Shown one piece after another: positions 37,602 to 47,066 of a DNA stretch of 64,000 nt. This stretch comes from an uncultured Bacteroides sp. GTDB lineage: Bacteria > Bacteroidota > Bacteroidia > Bacteroidales > JACABE01. The stretch covers positions 9,721 to 73,720 of the forward strand of contig CAZCBG010000007.1 in the NCBI GenBank assembly GCA_964496885.1, read 5' to 3'. The position numbers and the translations under genes are program-made. Below the pieces are notes generated by a model that was given only the letters and a program-made list of their open reading frames with translations, was not told where the DNA came from and made no database searches. The stretch's first letter is position 1. Each line of letters opens with the position of its first letter.

Positions 37602-39149
37602 TTAAAATGGTGGTACGCCATGTTTTTTATATGGATGTGTTTCCTGTTTATCTTTAGAAATATCCAGGGCGTGAATCAGGAAATGACGGGTTTCGCTGGG
37701 ATCAATTACCGCATCAACATATCCATAAGCGGCAGCTACATATGGGTTTGCGAATTTTTTCTTGTATTCTGCAATTTTCTTTTTGCGCATTTCTTCAGGA
37801 TTCTCTGCATTGAGAATTTCGTTTCTGAAAATGATATTGGCAGCACCTTCGGGGCCCATTACTGCAATTTCTGCAGTTGGCCACGCAAAAACAAAATCGG
37901 CTCTTAAATGGTTTGAACACATAGCAATATAGCCACCACCATAAGCTTTACGCAAAATAACTGTGATTTTTGGTACAGTAGCTTCAGAATAAGCATATAA
38001 AATTTTAGCACCATGACGAATTACACCAGCATGTTCCTGGTCAATACCGGGCAAGTAACCTGGTAAGTCGACAAAAGTAACCAATGGAATATTAAAAGCA
38101 TCGCAGTATCTGATGAATCTAGCAGCTTTGTCAGATGAATCCACATCCAATACACCTGCCAGTACCAAAGGCTGATTGGCAACAAAACCAACAGATTCAC
38201 CGTTGAGGCGGGCAAATCCAACTACAATATTGGCAGCCCATTTTTCGTGAACTTCCAGAAAATCGGAATCATCACTTACGGCTTTGATAATGCTTCTAAC
38301 ATCATAAGGAAGTTGTGGATTGGTAGGAAATACACCTTCTATCTTATAAGATTTTGTCTTGGGCGATTTTTTAGGGAAAGAGGCTGCTTTCTTGGTATTG
38401 TTCCAGGGAATAAAACTAACTAATTTTTTGATCTGATCAAAGCATTCATCTTCACTTTCGGCAAAGAAATGTGCATTTCCGGTCAATTCAGCCTGAACCC
38501 TGGCACCGCCTAATTCTTCCATCGAAATTTCTTCACCCAAAACGGTTTTGATAACTTCAGGTCCTGTGATAAACATCTTTGAAATTTTATCAACCACAAA
38601 AACAAAGTCTGTTAATGCAGGAGAGTAAACTGCACCTCCGGCACAAGGGCCTAAAATAACGGATATTTGAGGAATTACGCCTGAAGCAAGTGTATTTCTA
38701 TAAAAAATTTCTCCATATCCGGCTAAAGAGTTAACACCTTCCTGTATACGGGCACCACCTGAATCGTTGATACCTATGATAGGCACTTTCAATTTCATGG
38801 CATGATCCATGATCTTGGTAATTTTTTTCGCATGCATATAGCCCAGCGAACCACCGGCAACAGTAAAATCCTGTGCATAAATACAAACAGGATGACCATT
38901 GATGGTTCCAGTTCCTGTAAGAACACCATCACCCGGCAGGTATTTTTTATCCATGTCAAAATCTTTTCCCGAATGCTCTACAAACAAATCATATTCAAAA
39001 AAAGAATTCGGGTCTAACAAGGTTATGATTCTTTCCCGGGCAGTTAACTTTCCCGTGGCTTTTTGTTTCTCAATTGCTTTAGAACCACCGCCCTGTAAGG
39101 CTTCCTGCATCCTTTTTCTGAGGTCTATAGTTTTCTGTTTTACTGACAT
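37602..39149 (-). CDS. acyl-CoA carboxylase carboxyltransferase subunit (propionyl-CoA carboxylase beta / methylmalonyl-CoA decarboxylase alpha family)
   Basis: 515 aa. It has a duplicated crotonase-like carboxyltransferase fold with GGARIQEG and FAWPTAEIAVMGPEGA motifs. Confidence 0.88.
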   Translation of the reverse strand: MSVKQKTIDLRKRMQEALQGGGSKAIEKQKATGKLTARERIITLLDPNSFFEYDLFVEHSGKDFDMDKKYLPGDGVLTGTGTINGHPVCIYAQDFTVAGGSLGYMHAKKITKIMDHAMKLKVPIIGINDSGGARIQEGVNSLAGYGEIFYRNTLASGVIPQISVILGPCAGGAVYSPALTDFVFVVDKISKMFITGPEVIKTVLGEEISMEELGGARVQAELTGNAHFFAESEDECFDQIKKLVSFIPWNNTKKAASFPKKSPKTKSYKIEGVFPTNPQLPYDVRSIIKAVSDDSDFLEVHEKWAANIVVGFARLNGESVGFVANQPLVLAGVLDVDSSDKAARFIRYCDAFNIPLVTFVDLPGYLPGIDQEHAGVIRHGAKILYAYSEATVPKITVILRKAYGGGYIAMCSNHLRADFVFAWPTAEIAVMGPEGAANIIFRNEILNAENPEEMRKKKIAEYKKKFANPYVAAAYGYVDAVIDPSETRHFLIHALDISKDKQETHPYKKHGVPPF

Positions 39150-39191
39150 ATTTTAAAAAATTTGATTAAACCTATTTACCCAATTTAAGTA

Positions 39192-39199
39192 CAAAGATA
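39192..39199 (-). promoter_or_regulatory. candidate -7 box (TATCTTTG on the minus strand) for the carboxyltransferase / biotin-carrier unit
   Basis: It lies 42 nt upstream of the ATG at 39149. Confidence 0.45.
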
Positions 39200-39382
39200 A
39201 ATACTTTTTTGTTAAACCAGCAATTTTTAAATTTATACTTACATCTTTTTGAAGTTTTAAATCTAAAATCTTATGCTAATTATCAAAATATTTGGACAAT
39301 AGAAAAAACAGCAGTCAATTTATTTTTTTTATAATTAACATCAAATTAGCATTTATAGCAAGCTTCTTTTTAGTAGTCAATT

Positions 39383-40063
39383 TTACACCTTCCATTTGAT
39401 GGCTTCAGTTTTAACTTTAGCAGCGTTTTCGAGAAGGATAAGGTATTGTTTACGCTCAATTTCCCTGGCTCCCAATGAAATTAAATGAGAAGTCGGTTGT
39501 TGGGCATCAATAAAATGAAAATCCAGAATTTTTAAATATGACTGCAGATGATACAATGCAAACTTTGAAGCATCTCTCATGGTGTGAAACATCGATTCAC
39601 CCACAAAAGCTTTTCCAATGGCAATGCCATACAAGCCTCCCACCAAGCTACCCTCAAAATAGGCTTCCACAGAGTGTGCATAACCCAATTCGTGCAAACG
39701 GCAATAGGCCACTTTCATTTCCTGTGTAATCCAGCTACCCTCCTGATCGTTGCGTATGACGTTACTGCATTGTTGAATGACTTCTGCAAAACGGCAATCG
39801 AATTTTATTTCAAATTGATTGCTTTTAATGGTTCTGCGCAGACTGTTGGAACACTTAAATTCATCAGGAAAAAGAATGAGGCGGGGATTGAGCGACCACC
39901 ACAAAATAGGATCCCCTTCGTTGAACCAGGGGAAAATACCATTGGAATAGGCTAACAGTAAACGTTCGGGGCTCAGATCACCACCAATGGCAAGCAATCC
40001 ATCATCCTCTGACAGTTCAGGATTGGGAAAAACAAGATCTGATGTAAGTTGAAAAATTGGCAT
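39383..40063 (-). CDS. aat: leucyl/phenylalanyl-tRNA--protein transferase
   Basis: 226 aa. Contains LLLAYSNGIFPW...WWSLNPR and GESMF motifs. Confidence 0.88.
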   Translation of the reverse strand: MPIFQLTSDLVFPNPELSEDDGLLAIGGDLSPERLLLAYSNGIFPWFNEGDPILWWSLNPRLILFPDEFKCSNSLRRTIKSNQFEIKFDCRFAEVIQQCSNVIRNDQEGSWITQEMKVAYCRLHELGYAHSVEAYFEGSLVGGLYGIAIGKAFVGESMFHTMRDASKFALYHLQSYLKILDFHFIDAQQPTSHLISLGAREIERKQYLILLENAAKVKTEAIKWKV

Positions 40064-40260
40064 TTTTTGTAAAATACATATTGGTAATAAAGCCCAAATT
40101 CTTAAGTAGTTATCCGTTTTTTAGAGATGCTTCACTTCGTTCTGCATGACAAAAAATGTCCCCTTCTAGCTTTCGTGTTCTAAGTCAATTCGTCTTACAG
40201 TCTCTTCATCTATTCGCTCCCTCTTCCCCTTTTTATTGTTCGCTGATAACTGTTTACTGA

Positions 40261-40872
40261 TCAAAGGTTGAGGTTCATTTTAATTCTCGAACTCAGTATA
40301 TCAATCGCAACCTGGTTTTTACCACCCTGGGGAACAATGATATCTGCATAGCGTTTGGTGGGTTCAATAAATTGCAAATGCATGGGCTTAACATATTTAT
40401 CATAATGATCCAATACTTGTTGGAAAGAACGTCCTCTTTCTTCGAGATCGCGCCAGATGATCCGCATCAGGCGGTCGTCGCCATCAGCATCCACATATAC
40501 TTTGATATCCATACGGTCTCTCATGCGGGGTGTCGATAAAATAAGGATACCTTCAACGATAATAACTTTTTTAGGAACAACGGTTATGGTTTCCTTTGAC
40601 CTGGCACAGCTAAGATAAGAGTAAATAGGCATTTCGATAGCATTGCCATCTCTGAGCATTTCGAGATGTTTAATCAGCAAATTAAATTCTATGGAAGACG
40701 GATGGTCAAAGTTAATTTTAGCTCTTTCTTCTGCAGATTTATGACCGTTGTCTTTATAATATGAATCCTGTGAAATGATAGAGACCGAATCTTTAGGAAG
40801 ATTTTTGATGATTTTTTTTACAACGGTTGTTTTTCCGGAGCCCGAACCTCCTGCAATGCCAATAATTAACAT
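40261..40872 (-). CDS. udk: uridine kinase
   Basis: 203 aa. It has the P-loop GIAGGSGSGKTT and the FDHPSSIEF motif. Confidence 0.9.
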   Translation of the reverse strand: MLIIGIAGGSGSGKTTVVKKIIKNLPKDSVSIISQDSYYKDNGHKSAEERAKINFDHPSSIEFNLLIKHLEMLRDGNAIEMPIYSYLSCARSKETITVVPKKVIIVEGILILSTPRMRDRMDIKVYVDADGDDRLMRIIWRDLEERGRSFQQVLDHYDKYVKPMHLQFIEPTKRYADIIVPQGGKNQVAIDILSSRIKMNLNL

Positions 40873-41218
40873 AAATTCTTTATTATTAAATTATCCATTT
40901 TTCAGTTGGTAAAATTATAAATTAATATCAATTTTTAGTTTTATTTTTAGGATGATTCTCCTTTTTCAAAGTCCACATCTACACATTCAGGTGAAATGTA
41001 TGCTGATGGCTTCTTATAGCATAAAAATAGTGAATTGGGTTGAATAAAGAAGAGCGTAAATATTTAGAAGTAAATCCTTTTTTTATTTTATAATGTTGTA
41101 ATTTTGTAATTTACCAATACTTGTATTGGATAATGTTGGCAAACTGATTACTTAAGGGCAAGGGATCTATTCCTTAAGCCTATTATTCAAAAGACTTATA
41201 TAAAAACAGGATTATTAT

Positions 41219-41809
41219 TTAAAAGTACCTAATTGCTCTTACATTTTTACTCTCGTTACAGGATCCAATAAAATAAGCACCAAAAAGGTAAAAATTACAA
41301 CCAGAAGGCATATCTGACCCATATTCTTCATAGGAGGACCAATACGTGTCATATTTAAACCCAAAAACTTTAAAATCAGTATGAAAAAGCTTCTCTAATT
41401 CATTGTAGCTTGGTAATACCCAGTCATCATAGCCATTTAATACCAAATCATAACAAATTTTAGCGGCTTTTGCAGAATCTCCCACAATATTTATGATACT
41501 TTCAGTATTCTTTTTCCCTTGTCCTATTTCCATTGAAGTTCTAAAGTATGTATTATAATATAAGAATTCATGATATGGAAACCAGCAGAATTTTCCCTGA
41601 TCGTAAGGTGCAGCAATAATCCCATGCACAGCATTCGGAATATAACCGGAGTCTCCAGGTTGAAATACATAAGCAATCTTGCCTCCCTGATAATCATTTC
41701 CAATTGCATAGATATCAATAATGGGTTCATCTTTTTTACAGTTGGTAATAAATATAATTATGATTAGCAAATTTATAAAAACGAATATTACAGGTGATTT
41801 TTTTTTCAT
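41219..41809 (-). CDS. DUF1566-like (Lcl C-terminal domain) lipoprotein
   Basis: 196 aa. It has the lipobox ITNC and the motifs GGKIAYV, WVLPSYNELEKL and YWSS, which I associate with DUF1566. Confidence 0.6.
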   Translation of the reverse strand: MKKKSPVIFVFINLLIIIIFITNCKKDEPIIDIYAIGNDYQGGKIAYVFQPGDSGYIPNAVHGIIAAPYDQGKFCWFPYHEFLYYNTYFRTSMEIGQGKKNTESIINIVGDSAKAAKICYDLVLNGYDDWVLPSYNELEKLFHTDFKVFGFKYDTYWSSYEEYGSDMPSGCNFYLFGAYFIGSCNESKNVRAIRYF

Positions 41810-41836
41810 AGTCTTCTATATATATTATTTCTATTG

Positions 41837-41844
41837 CAAATATA
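41837..41844 (-). promoter_or_regulatory. candidate -7 box (TATATTTG on the minus strand) for the DUF1566 lipoprotein gene
   Basis: It lies 27 nt upstream of the ATG at 41809. Confidence 0.4.
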
Positions 41845-42195
41845 ATATCAAACCATTCCCAAAAAAAATAATCTTCAATTTTCTCAATTTTTAAATCTAT
41901 TTAAGCTTTCACTAACCTCCATTTCGGTATATAATTCTTATTCATTGCAACTTAGAATAGAAGTTCAAAAAGGTAATTTAATTTATCAATAAGTAAATTC
42001 AGTCATTAAGCATCCCTGTCTATTTGCCCAGAAACAACTCTTCAATTCCTTTATTAAATTCACATTTACGCTTACAAAATAAATGCTATCCCTTTTTCAA
42101 AATCTATCATAAAGAAAACGGACTACAATTCCGAATAACTATAAACGCTTGAGAAATGGCAGTATGCATTTATCCATTTTAAGATCATCCTCAAT

Positions 42196-42612
42196 TCAGG
42201 ATTTATTGTTTTTATTTTCACATAATTCAGTTAAAACCCCAAAAGTGGATTTTGGATGAAGAAAAGCGATATCCATTCCTTCAGCTCCTTTACGGGGTGT
42301 ATGATCTATCAGCTGTACTCCTTTTCCGGCCACTTCGCTTAAGGCGTCTTCTAAATTAATAACTGCAAATGCAAGGTGATGTATGCCTTCACCTTTCTTT
42401 TCAATAAATTTCCCGATGGGTCCTTCAGGATCGGTAGATTCCAACAGTTCGATTTTGGTTTGCCCTACCATAAAAAAAGCCGTTTTAACTTTCTGTGTTT
42501 CTACTTCTTCCACGGCATAACATTCCAGGCCAAAAACAGTTTCGTAATATGTAATAGCGGCTGCCAGGTCTTTTACTGCAATGCCAATATGCTCAATATG
42601 TGATGGTTTCAT
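42196..42612 (-). CDS. mce: methylmalonyl-CoA epimerase (VOC/glyoxalase fold)
   Basis: 138 aa from MKPSHIEHIGIAV. Contains HHLAF and FLHPKS motifs. I moved the start downstream of the -7 box at 42651-42658, which lies inside the 162-aa track ORF. Confidence 0.82.
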   Translation of the reverse strand: MKPSHIEHIGIAVKDLAAAITYYETVFGLECYAVEEVETQKVKTAFFMVGQTKIELLESTDPEGPIGKFIEKKGEGIHHLAFAVINLEDALSEVAGKGVQLIDHTPRKGAEGMDIAFLHPKSTFGVLTELCENKNNKS

Positions 42613-42650
42613 AGTTTTTGGTTTACTGATAATTTTCCTAAAAATTTGCA

Positions 42651-42658
42651 CAAAGTTA
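42651..42658 (-). promoter_or_regulatory. candidate -7 box (TAACTTTG on the minus strand) for mce
   Basis: It lies 38 nt upstream of the ATG at 42612. Confidence 0.45.
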
Positions 42659-43061
42659 GGCGTTTTTAGTAAGCTGAAAGCCATTTCTTGAAAAATAAAT
42701 ACAGGAAATTTAATTTTATGTGACGAGCTGACTTGGAGTCAAACTGTCACAAACACCCTTTCAAAAAACCTCTGACCAGCTTCAAGCAGGCGCATTCCAA
42801 AAACATTCTATACTATAAATACTTCAAATTCAATCTAACGCAAAATTATTTTGAATGCTGATACGACAAAGAATCTAGTTGAAATCTTTTTCGATAAACT
42901 TATGAACAAGCCCCTTTCCGTATTTTTTTTTTTAGTATTTTTACAAAAATCGAAACTCAAAAAAACAGATTCTTTAAATTTCTGAAACTCAAAAAATTGA
43001 TTTTTTTCAGGCCATCGTTTCGCTGTTATTTTTTACACCCAATATTATCAAACACTGAATA

Positions 43062-46000
43062 ATGTCAAATTTTACACATCTTCACGTTCACACTCAATAT
43101 TCCATACTGGACGGTGCTGCTAAAATAAAGCAGTTGATTGCAAAAGCCAAATCATTAGACATGAAAGCACTTGCCATTACCGACCATGGGAATATGTACG
43201 GCACCCTTGAATTCTTTAACGAAGCTATAGCACAAGGGTTGAAGCCAATTATTGGTTGTGAAATGTATGTGGCCGAAGGAAGCAGGTTTGAAAAAAAGGG
43301 AAGAGAAGATCGAAGCGGGTTTCACTTGATATTGCTGGCAAAAAACAAGATTGGTTATCAGAACCTTGCCCGCTTAAGTTCACTTGGATTTAAAAAGGAT
43401 AGCTTTTATTACACGCCTCGCATCGACAAGGAATTACTCAGAAAATACAGTGAAGGTTTAATTGCCTCGTCAGCCTGTTTGGGAGGGGAAATCCCCTATT
43501 ACATTATGAACAGTGGCATCGAAAGAGCCGCACAGACTGTACAGGAATATGTCGATATTTTTGGTGAAGATTTTTATTTAGAATTACAAAATCACGGCAT
43601 ACCCGAACAAAAACAGGTAAACATTGCCATGCAGGAATTGGCAGCGCGATTTAAGCTAAAATGCATTGCCACCAACGACGTACATTTTATCAATGCAAAC
43701 GATTCGGAACCTCATCATATATTGATTTGTCTGAATACGGGCAAAGACTTTGACGATGCCACTGCCATGCATTATACCGGGAACGAATACCTTAAATCAG
43801 CTGAGGAAATGCAGCAGCTTTTTTTGGAATATCCCGAATCCATTACAAATACACAGGAGATTGTCGACAAAATTGAAGATTATCAGTTAAAAAGAGATGT
43901 TATTTTACCCATTTTCCCACTTCCCGAAGGTTTTGCTACGGAAATGGATTATTTACGCCATCTTTCGTTTATCGGTGCAAAAAAAAGATACCTTGAAGTA
44001 AATGAAGAAGTCACATCAAGGCTGAATTTTGAACTGGATGTAATTGCATCCATGGGCTTCCCCGGATATTTTTTGATTGTACAGGATTTTATTAATAAGG
44101 CCAGGGAAATGGATGTGATGGTAGGACCCGGCAGAGGTTCTGCAGCCGGTTCTGTAGTTGCTTTCTCAATTGGCATTACGAATATAGACCCTATTAAATA
44201 CAACTTGCTTTTCGAACGTTTTCTTAATCCCGAAAGGGTTTCGATGCCCGATATTGATATTGATTTCGATGATGAAGGCAGAGACCGGGTGCTGAAATAT
44301 GTAGTCGAAAAATACGGGGAAGACAAGGTTGCCCAGATTGTAACCTTTGGTACCATGGCCGCCAAATCTTCAATACGCGACGTGGCCAGGGTGTTGAAGT
44401 TACCTCTTCCCGAATCTGACCGTTTGGCCAAACTGGTCCCTGAAGCAGCCGGCATGAATCTCGACAAAGCTTTTCGTGAAGTAAAAGAATTAGAAGATGC
44501 CCGTAAAAACGGAGATCCGCTGATAAAAAGAACGCTTGAATTTGCCCGTATTCTGGAGGGTTCTGCCCGTCATACCGGCACACATGCCTGTGGGGTTATC
44601 ATTGGGCCCGACGACCTGATGAACTACATCCCTTTAAGCACATCCAAAGATTCCGACTTAATGGTCTCGCAGTACGAAGGGACTTTGATAGAATCAGTTG
44701 GTATGCTGAAAATGGACTTCCTGGGTTTAAAAACGCTTTCCATCATCAAATCAGCTATTGTAAATATCTTCAAACGGCATCAAATAAAAATTGACATTGA
44801 TACCATTCCCTTGGACGATGCCCTTACTTTTGAGCTCTATCAGAAAGGAGATACTGTCGGGACCTTCCAGTTTGAATCGGAAGGAATGCGGGGTTATTTA
44901 AAAGATCTGAAACCAAGCAATCTTGAGGATTTAATTGCCATGAATGCACTCTATCGGCCCGGTCCTATGCAGTTTATCCAGACTTTTATCAACCGTAAAT
45001 TAGGCAAAGAAAAAGCAGATTATCCGCATCAAATGCTGGAAGGTATTTTGAAACCTACCCACGGCATCATGGTTTATCAGGAGCAAATCATGCAGACCGC
45101 ACAGATCATGGGCGGTTACAGTCTTGGGAAAGCCGATGTTTTACGGCGTGCCATGGGTAAAAAGAAAGCGGAGGCAATGAAAGCAGAGCAACAAGAGTTT
45201 GTTGCAGGTGCAGTTAATCAAGGAATTAACGAAAAAGTTGCTGTCGAAACCTTCGAGATCATGGAGAAATTCGCCCAATACGGATTTAATCGTTCTCATT
45301 CTGCAGCTTACTCACTGGTCGCTTACCAGACCGCCTACCTTAAAGCCCATTATCCAGCCGAATACATGGCAGCTGTACTTACACACAACCTCAACGATTT
45401 AAAAAAAATCACCTTCTTTATTGATGAATGCAACCGTTCCAGAATTCCTGTTTTAGGTCCTTGCATCAACGAAAGTGTAATGAATTTTACTGTAAACAAA
45501 AAGGGAGAAATCCGCTTCGGAATGGCGGCTATCAAAGGAGTGGGCGAAGCTGCCGTGAATGCCATCATTGAAGAACGCGACAAAAATGGTTTCTATAAAA
45601 ACATTTTTGACCTTGCCAAAAGAGTAAACCTGAAAGCTGTAAGTAAAAAAAGCTTAGAAGCTTTGGCCTATGCTGGTGCTTTCGACACTTTTGAGGATAC
45701 CCATAGGGCTCAGTACTTTTACCAGGACAAACCCGAAGATATTAATTTCCTTGAGAAAGTTGTACGCCATGCTTCTCAATACCAAAATGGGCTGAACTCT
45801 TCACAACATTCTCTGTTTGGAGACAGCGAAGAAACAGAAGTTCAGGATCCGTTGATGCCTGATACAGATCCATGGTCGAGGGTTGAACAATTGAAAAAAG
45901 AAAAGGAAATTGCCGGATTTTACCTTTCAGGCCACCCTTTGGACGATTTTAAACTCGAAATGCAAAACTTTTGTAATATTGAAATTGAACAACTGAACGA

Positions 46001-46523
46001 GGATATTAAAAGTTTAAGAGGACGTGAATTGAAGTTTGCCGGTATCATTTCTTCAGTTTCGCATCGCACAACCAAAACGGGGAAGCCAATGGGCTCTTTT
46101 ACAATAGAAGATTTCAATGGGTCTTATAACATGGCGCTCTTCTCTGATGACTATATGAAATTCAAACATTTCCTGATTGAAGGAGCATCCATTTTTGTAA
46201 AAGCAATCATCAAAAACAGATACAATTCTGAAGATCAATTCGAAATTAAACTCAATTATGTTACCTTGTTGGTTGAAGTTATCGAAAAATATGCTACTAA
46301 AGTTAGCATGCGACTACCCTTGTCTGAAGTCAATCAGGCTTTCATTGAATTGCTCAAACTAAAAATTAAAAAGAACAAAGGAAAATGTAAATTGGTAGTG
46401 CAGGTGCTGGATCCTGAAGAAAAAATATACATCAATCTTTTTGCAAGAAATACGGGCGTTGATGCCGCCGGTTTTACCAAAGCATTTGACGACCAAAAGG
46501 AAATTAGTTTCAGATTGGAATAA
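43062..46523 (+). CDS. dnaE: DNA polymerase III alpha subunit
   Basis: 1153 aa. It has a PHP domain (FTHLHVHTQYSILDG), the polymerase core (GPGRGSAAGS, MPDIDIDF), and HhH and OB domains. Confidence 0.95.
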   Translation: MSNFTHLHVHTQYSILDGAAKIKQLIAKAKSLDMKALAITDHGNMYGTLEFFNEAIAQGLKPIIGCEMYVAEGSRFEKKGREDRSGFHLILLAKNKIGYQNLARLSSLGFKKDSFYYTPRIDKELLRKYSEGLIASSACLGGEIPYYIMNSGIERAAQTVQEYVDIFGEDFYLELQNHGIPEQKQVNIAMQELAARFKLKCIATNDVHFINANDSEPHHILICLNTGKDFDDATAMHYTGNEYLKSAEEMQQLFLEYPESITNTQEIVDKIEDYQLKRDVILPIFPLPEGFATEMDYLRHLSFIGAKKRYLEVNEEVTSRLNFELDVIASMGFPGYFLIVQDFINKAREMDVMVGPGRGSAAGSVVAFSIGITNIDPIKYNLLFERFLNPERVSMPDIDIDFDDEGRDRVLKYVVEKYGEDKVAQIVTFGTMAAKSSIRDVARVLKLPLPESDRLAKLVPEAAGMNLDKAFREVKELEDARKNGDPLIKRTLEFARILEGSARHTGTHACGVIIGPDDLMNYIPLSTSKDSDLMVSQYEGTLIESVGMLKMDFLGLKTLSIIKSAIVNIFKRHQIKIDIDTIPLDDALTFELYQKGDTVGTFQFESEGMRGYLKDLKPSNLEDLIAMNALYRPGPMQFIQTFINRKLGKEKADYPHQMLEGILKPTHGIMVYQEQIMQTAQIMGGYSLGKADVLRRAMGKKKAEAMKAEQQEFVAGAVNQGINEKVAVETFEIMEKFAQYGFNRSHSAAYSLVAYQTAYLKAHYPAEYMAAVLTHNLNDLKKITFFIDECNRSRIPVLGPCINESVMNFTVNKKGEIRFGMAAIKGVGEAAVNAIIEERDKNGFYKNIFDLAKRVNLKAVSKKSLEALAYAGAFDTFEDTHRAQYFYQDKPEDINFLEKVVRHASQYQNGLNSSQHSLFGDSEETEVQDPLMPDTDPWSRVEQLKKEKEIAGFYLSGHPLDDFKLEMQNFCNIEIEQLNEDIKSLRGRELKFAGIISSVSHRTTKTGKPMGSFTIEDFNGSYNMALFSDDYMKFKHFLIEGASIFVKAIIKNRYNSEDQFEIKLNYVTLLVEVIEKYATKVSMRLPLSEVNQAFIELLKLKIKKNKGKCKLVVQVLDPEEKIYINLFARNTGVDAAGFTKAFDDQKEISFRLE

Positions 46524-46533
46524 TTTCAAATTA

Positions 46534-46549
46534 ATTTGTATATACAAAT
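46534..46549. promoter_or_regulatory. 16-bp perfect palindrome ATTTGTATATACAAAT, a candidate MarR operator overlapping the marR promoter
   Basis: It is self-complementary and ends 8 nt upstream of the -7 box at 46558. Its 12-bp core recurs at 47024. Confidence 0.55.
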
Positions 46550-46557
46550 ATTAATTG

Positions 46558-46565
46558 TATTTTTG
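46558..46565 (+). promoter_or_regulatory. candidate -7 box (TATTTTTG) for marR
   Basis: It lies only 8 nt upstream of the ATG at 46574, which implies a near-leaderless mRNA. Confidence 0.4.
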
Positions 46566-46573
46566 CACCAATT

Positions 46574-47005
46574 ATGTTAGATAAAAAAAACAACTATTGC
46601 AAATGTTTGTATTATTCTGCCAATGCACTGGCCAGAGGAATAACAAAAATGGCAGAAGAGGCATTTTCAGTTGTAAATCTTGCACCAAGCTATGCTTTTA
46701 TTGTAATGACTGTAAATAAAAATTCTGGATTACAGGCTGGAGAATTAGCTGAAAGAATGATGCTGAAACCATCCACTGTTACAAGACTACTTGAAAAATT
46801 AGAAACTCAGGATTTGGTAAAAAGGCAAACTGAAGGTAGACTTACACTTATTTATTCTACTCCAAAATCGATGGAAATTAATAATAAAATTGAAAATGCC
46901 TGGTATACGCTTTATCAGAATTACATTGCAATTCTTGGTGAAGAATTTGCAAATCAGCTTACTGAGAATCTTTATTCTTCTGCTTTAAAATTAGGGAAAG
47001 TGTAA
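46574..47005 (+). CDS. MarR-family transcriptional regulator
   Basis: 143 aa with a winged helix-turn-helix (LQAGELAERMMLKPSTVTRLLEKLETQDLVKR). Confidence 0.85.
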   Translation: MLDKKNNYCKCLYYSANALARGITKMAEEAFSVVNLAPSYAFIVMTVNKNSGLQAGELAERMMLKPSTVTRLLEKLETQDLVKRQTEGRLTLIYSTPKSMEINNKIENAWYTLYQNYIAILGEEFANQLTENLYSSALKLGKV

Positions 47006-47023
47006 AAATTTTTATCTTTATAA

Positions 47024-47035
47024 TTGTATATACAA
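47024..47035. promoter_or_regulatory. second copy of the palindrome core TTGTATATACAA, between marR and the NmrA-like gene
   Basis: It has the same 12-bp perfect palindrome as 46536-46547 and lies 31 nt upstream of the ATG at 47067. Confidence 0.5.
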
Positions 47036-47066
47036 ATAATATAGTATTAATTAAAAAAATGAAAAA

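Noticed and set aside
37197-39149. A Na+-translocating methylmalonyl-CoA decarboxylase operon.
   Set aside because: Only the carboxyltransferase and biotin carrier are present. No membrane beta (OadB/MmdB-like) or delta subunit gene is adjacent, and the unit is closed by a bidirectional terminator.
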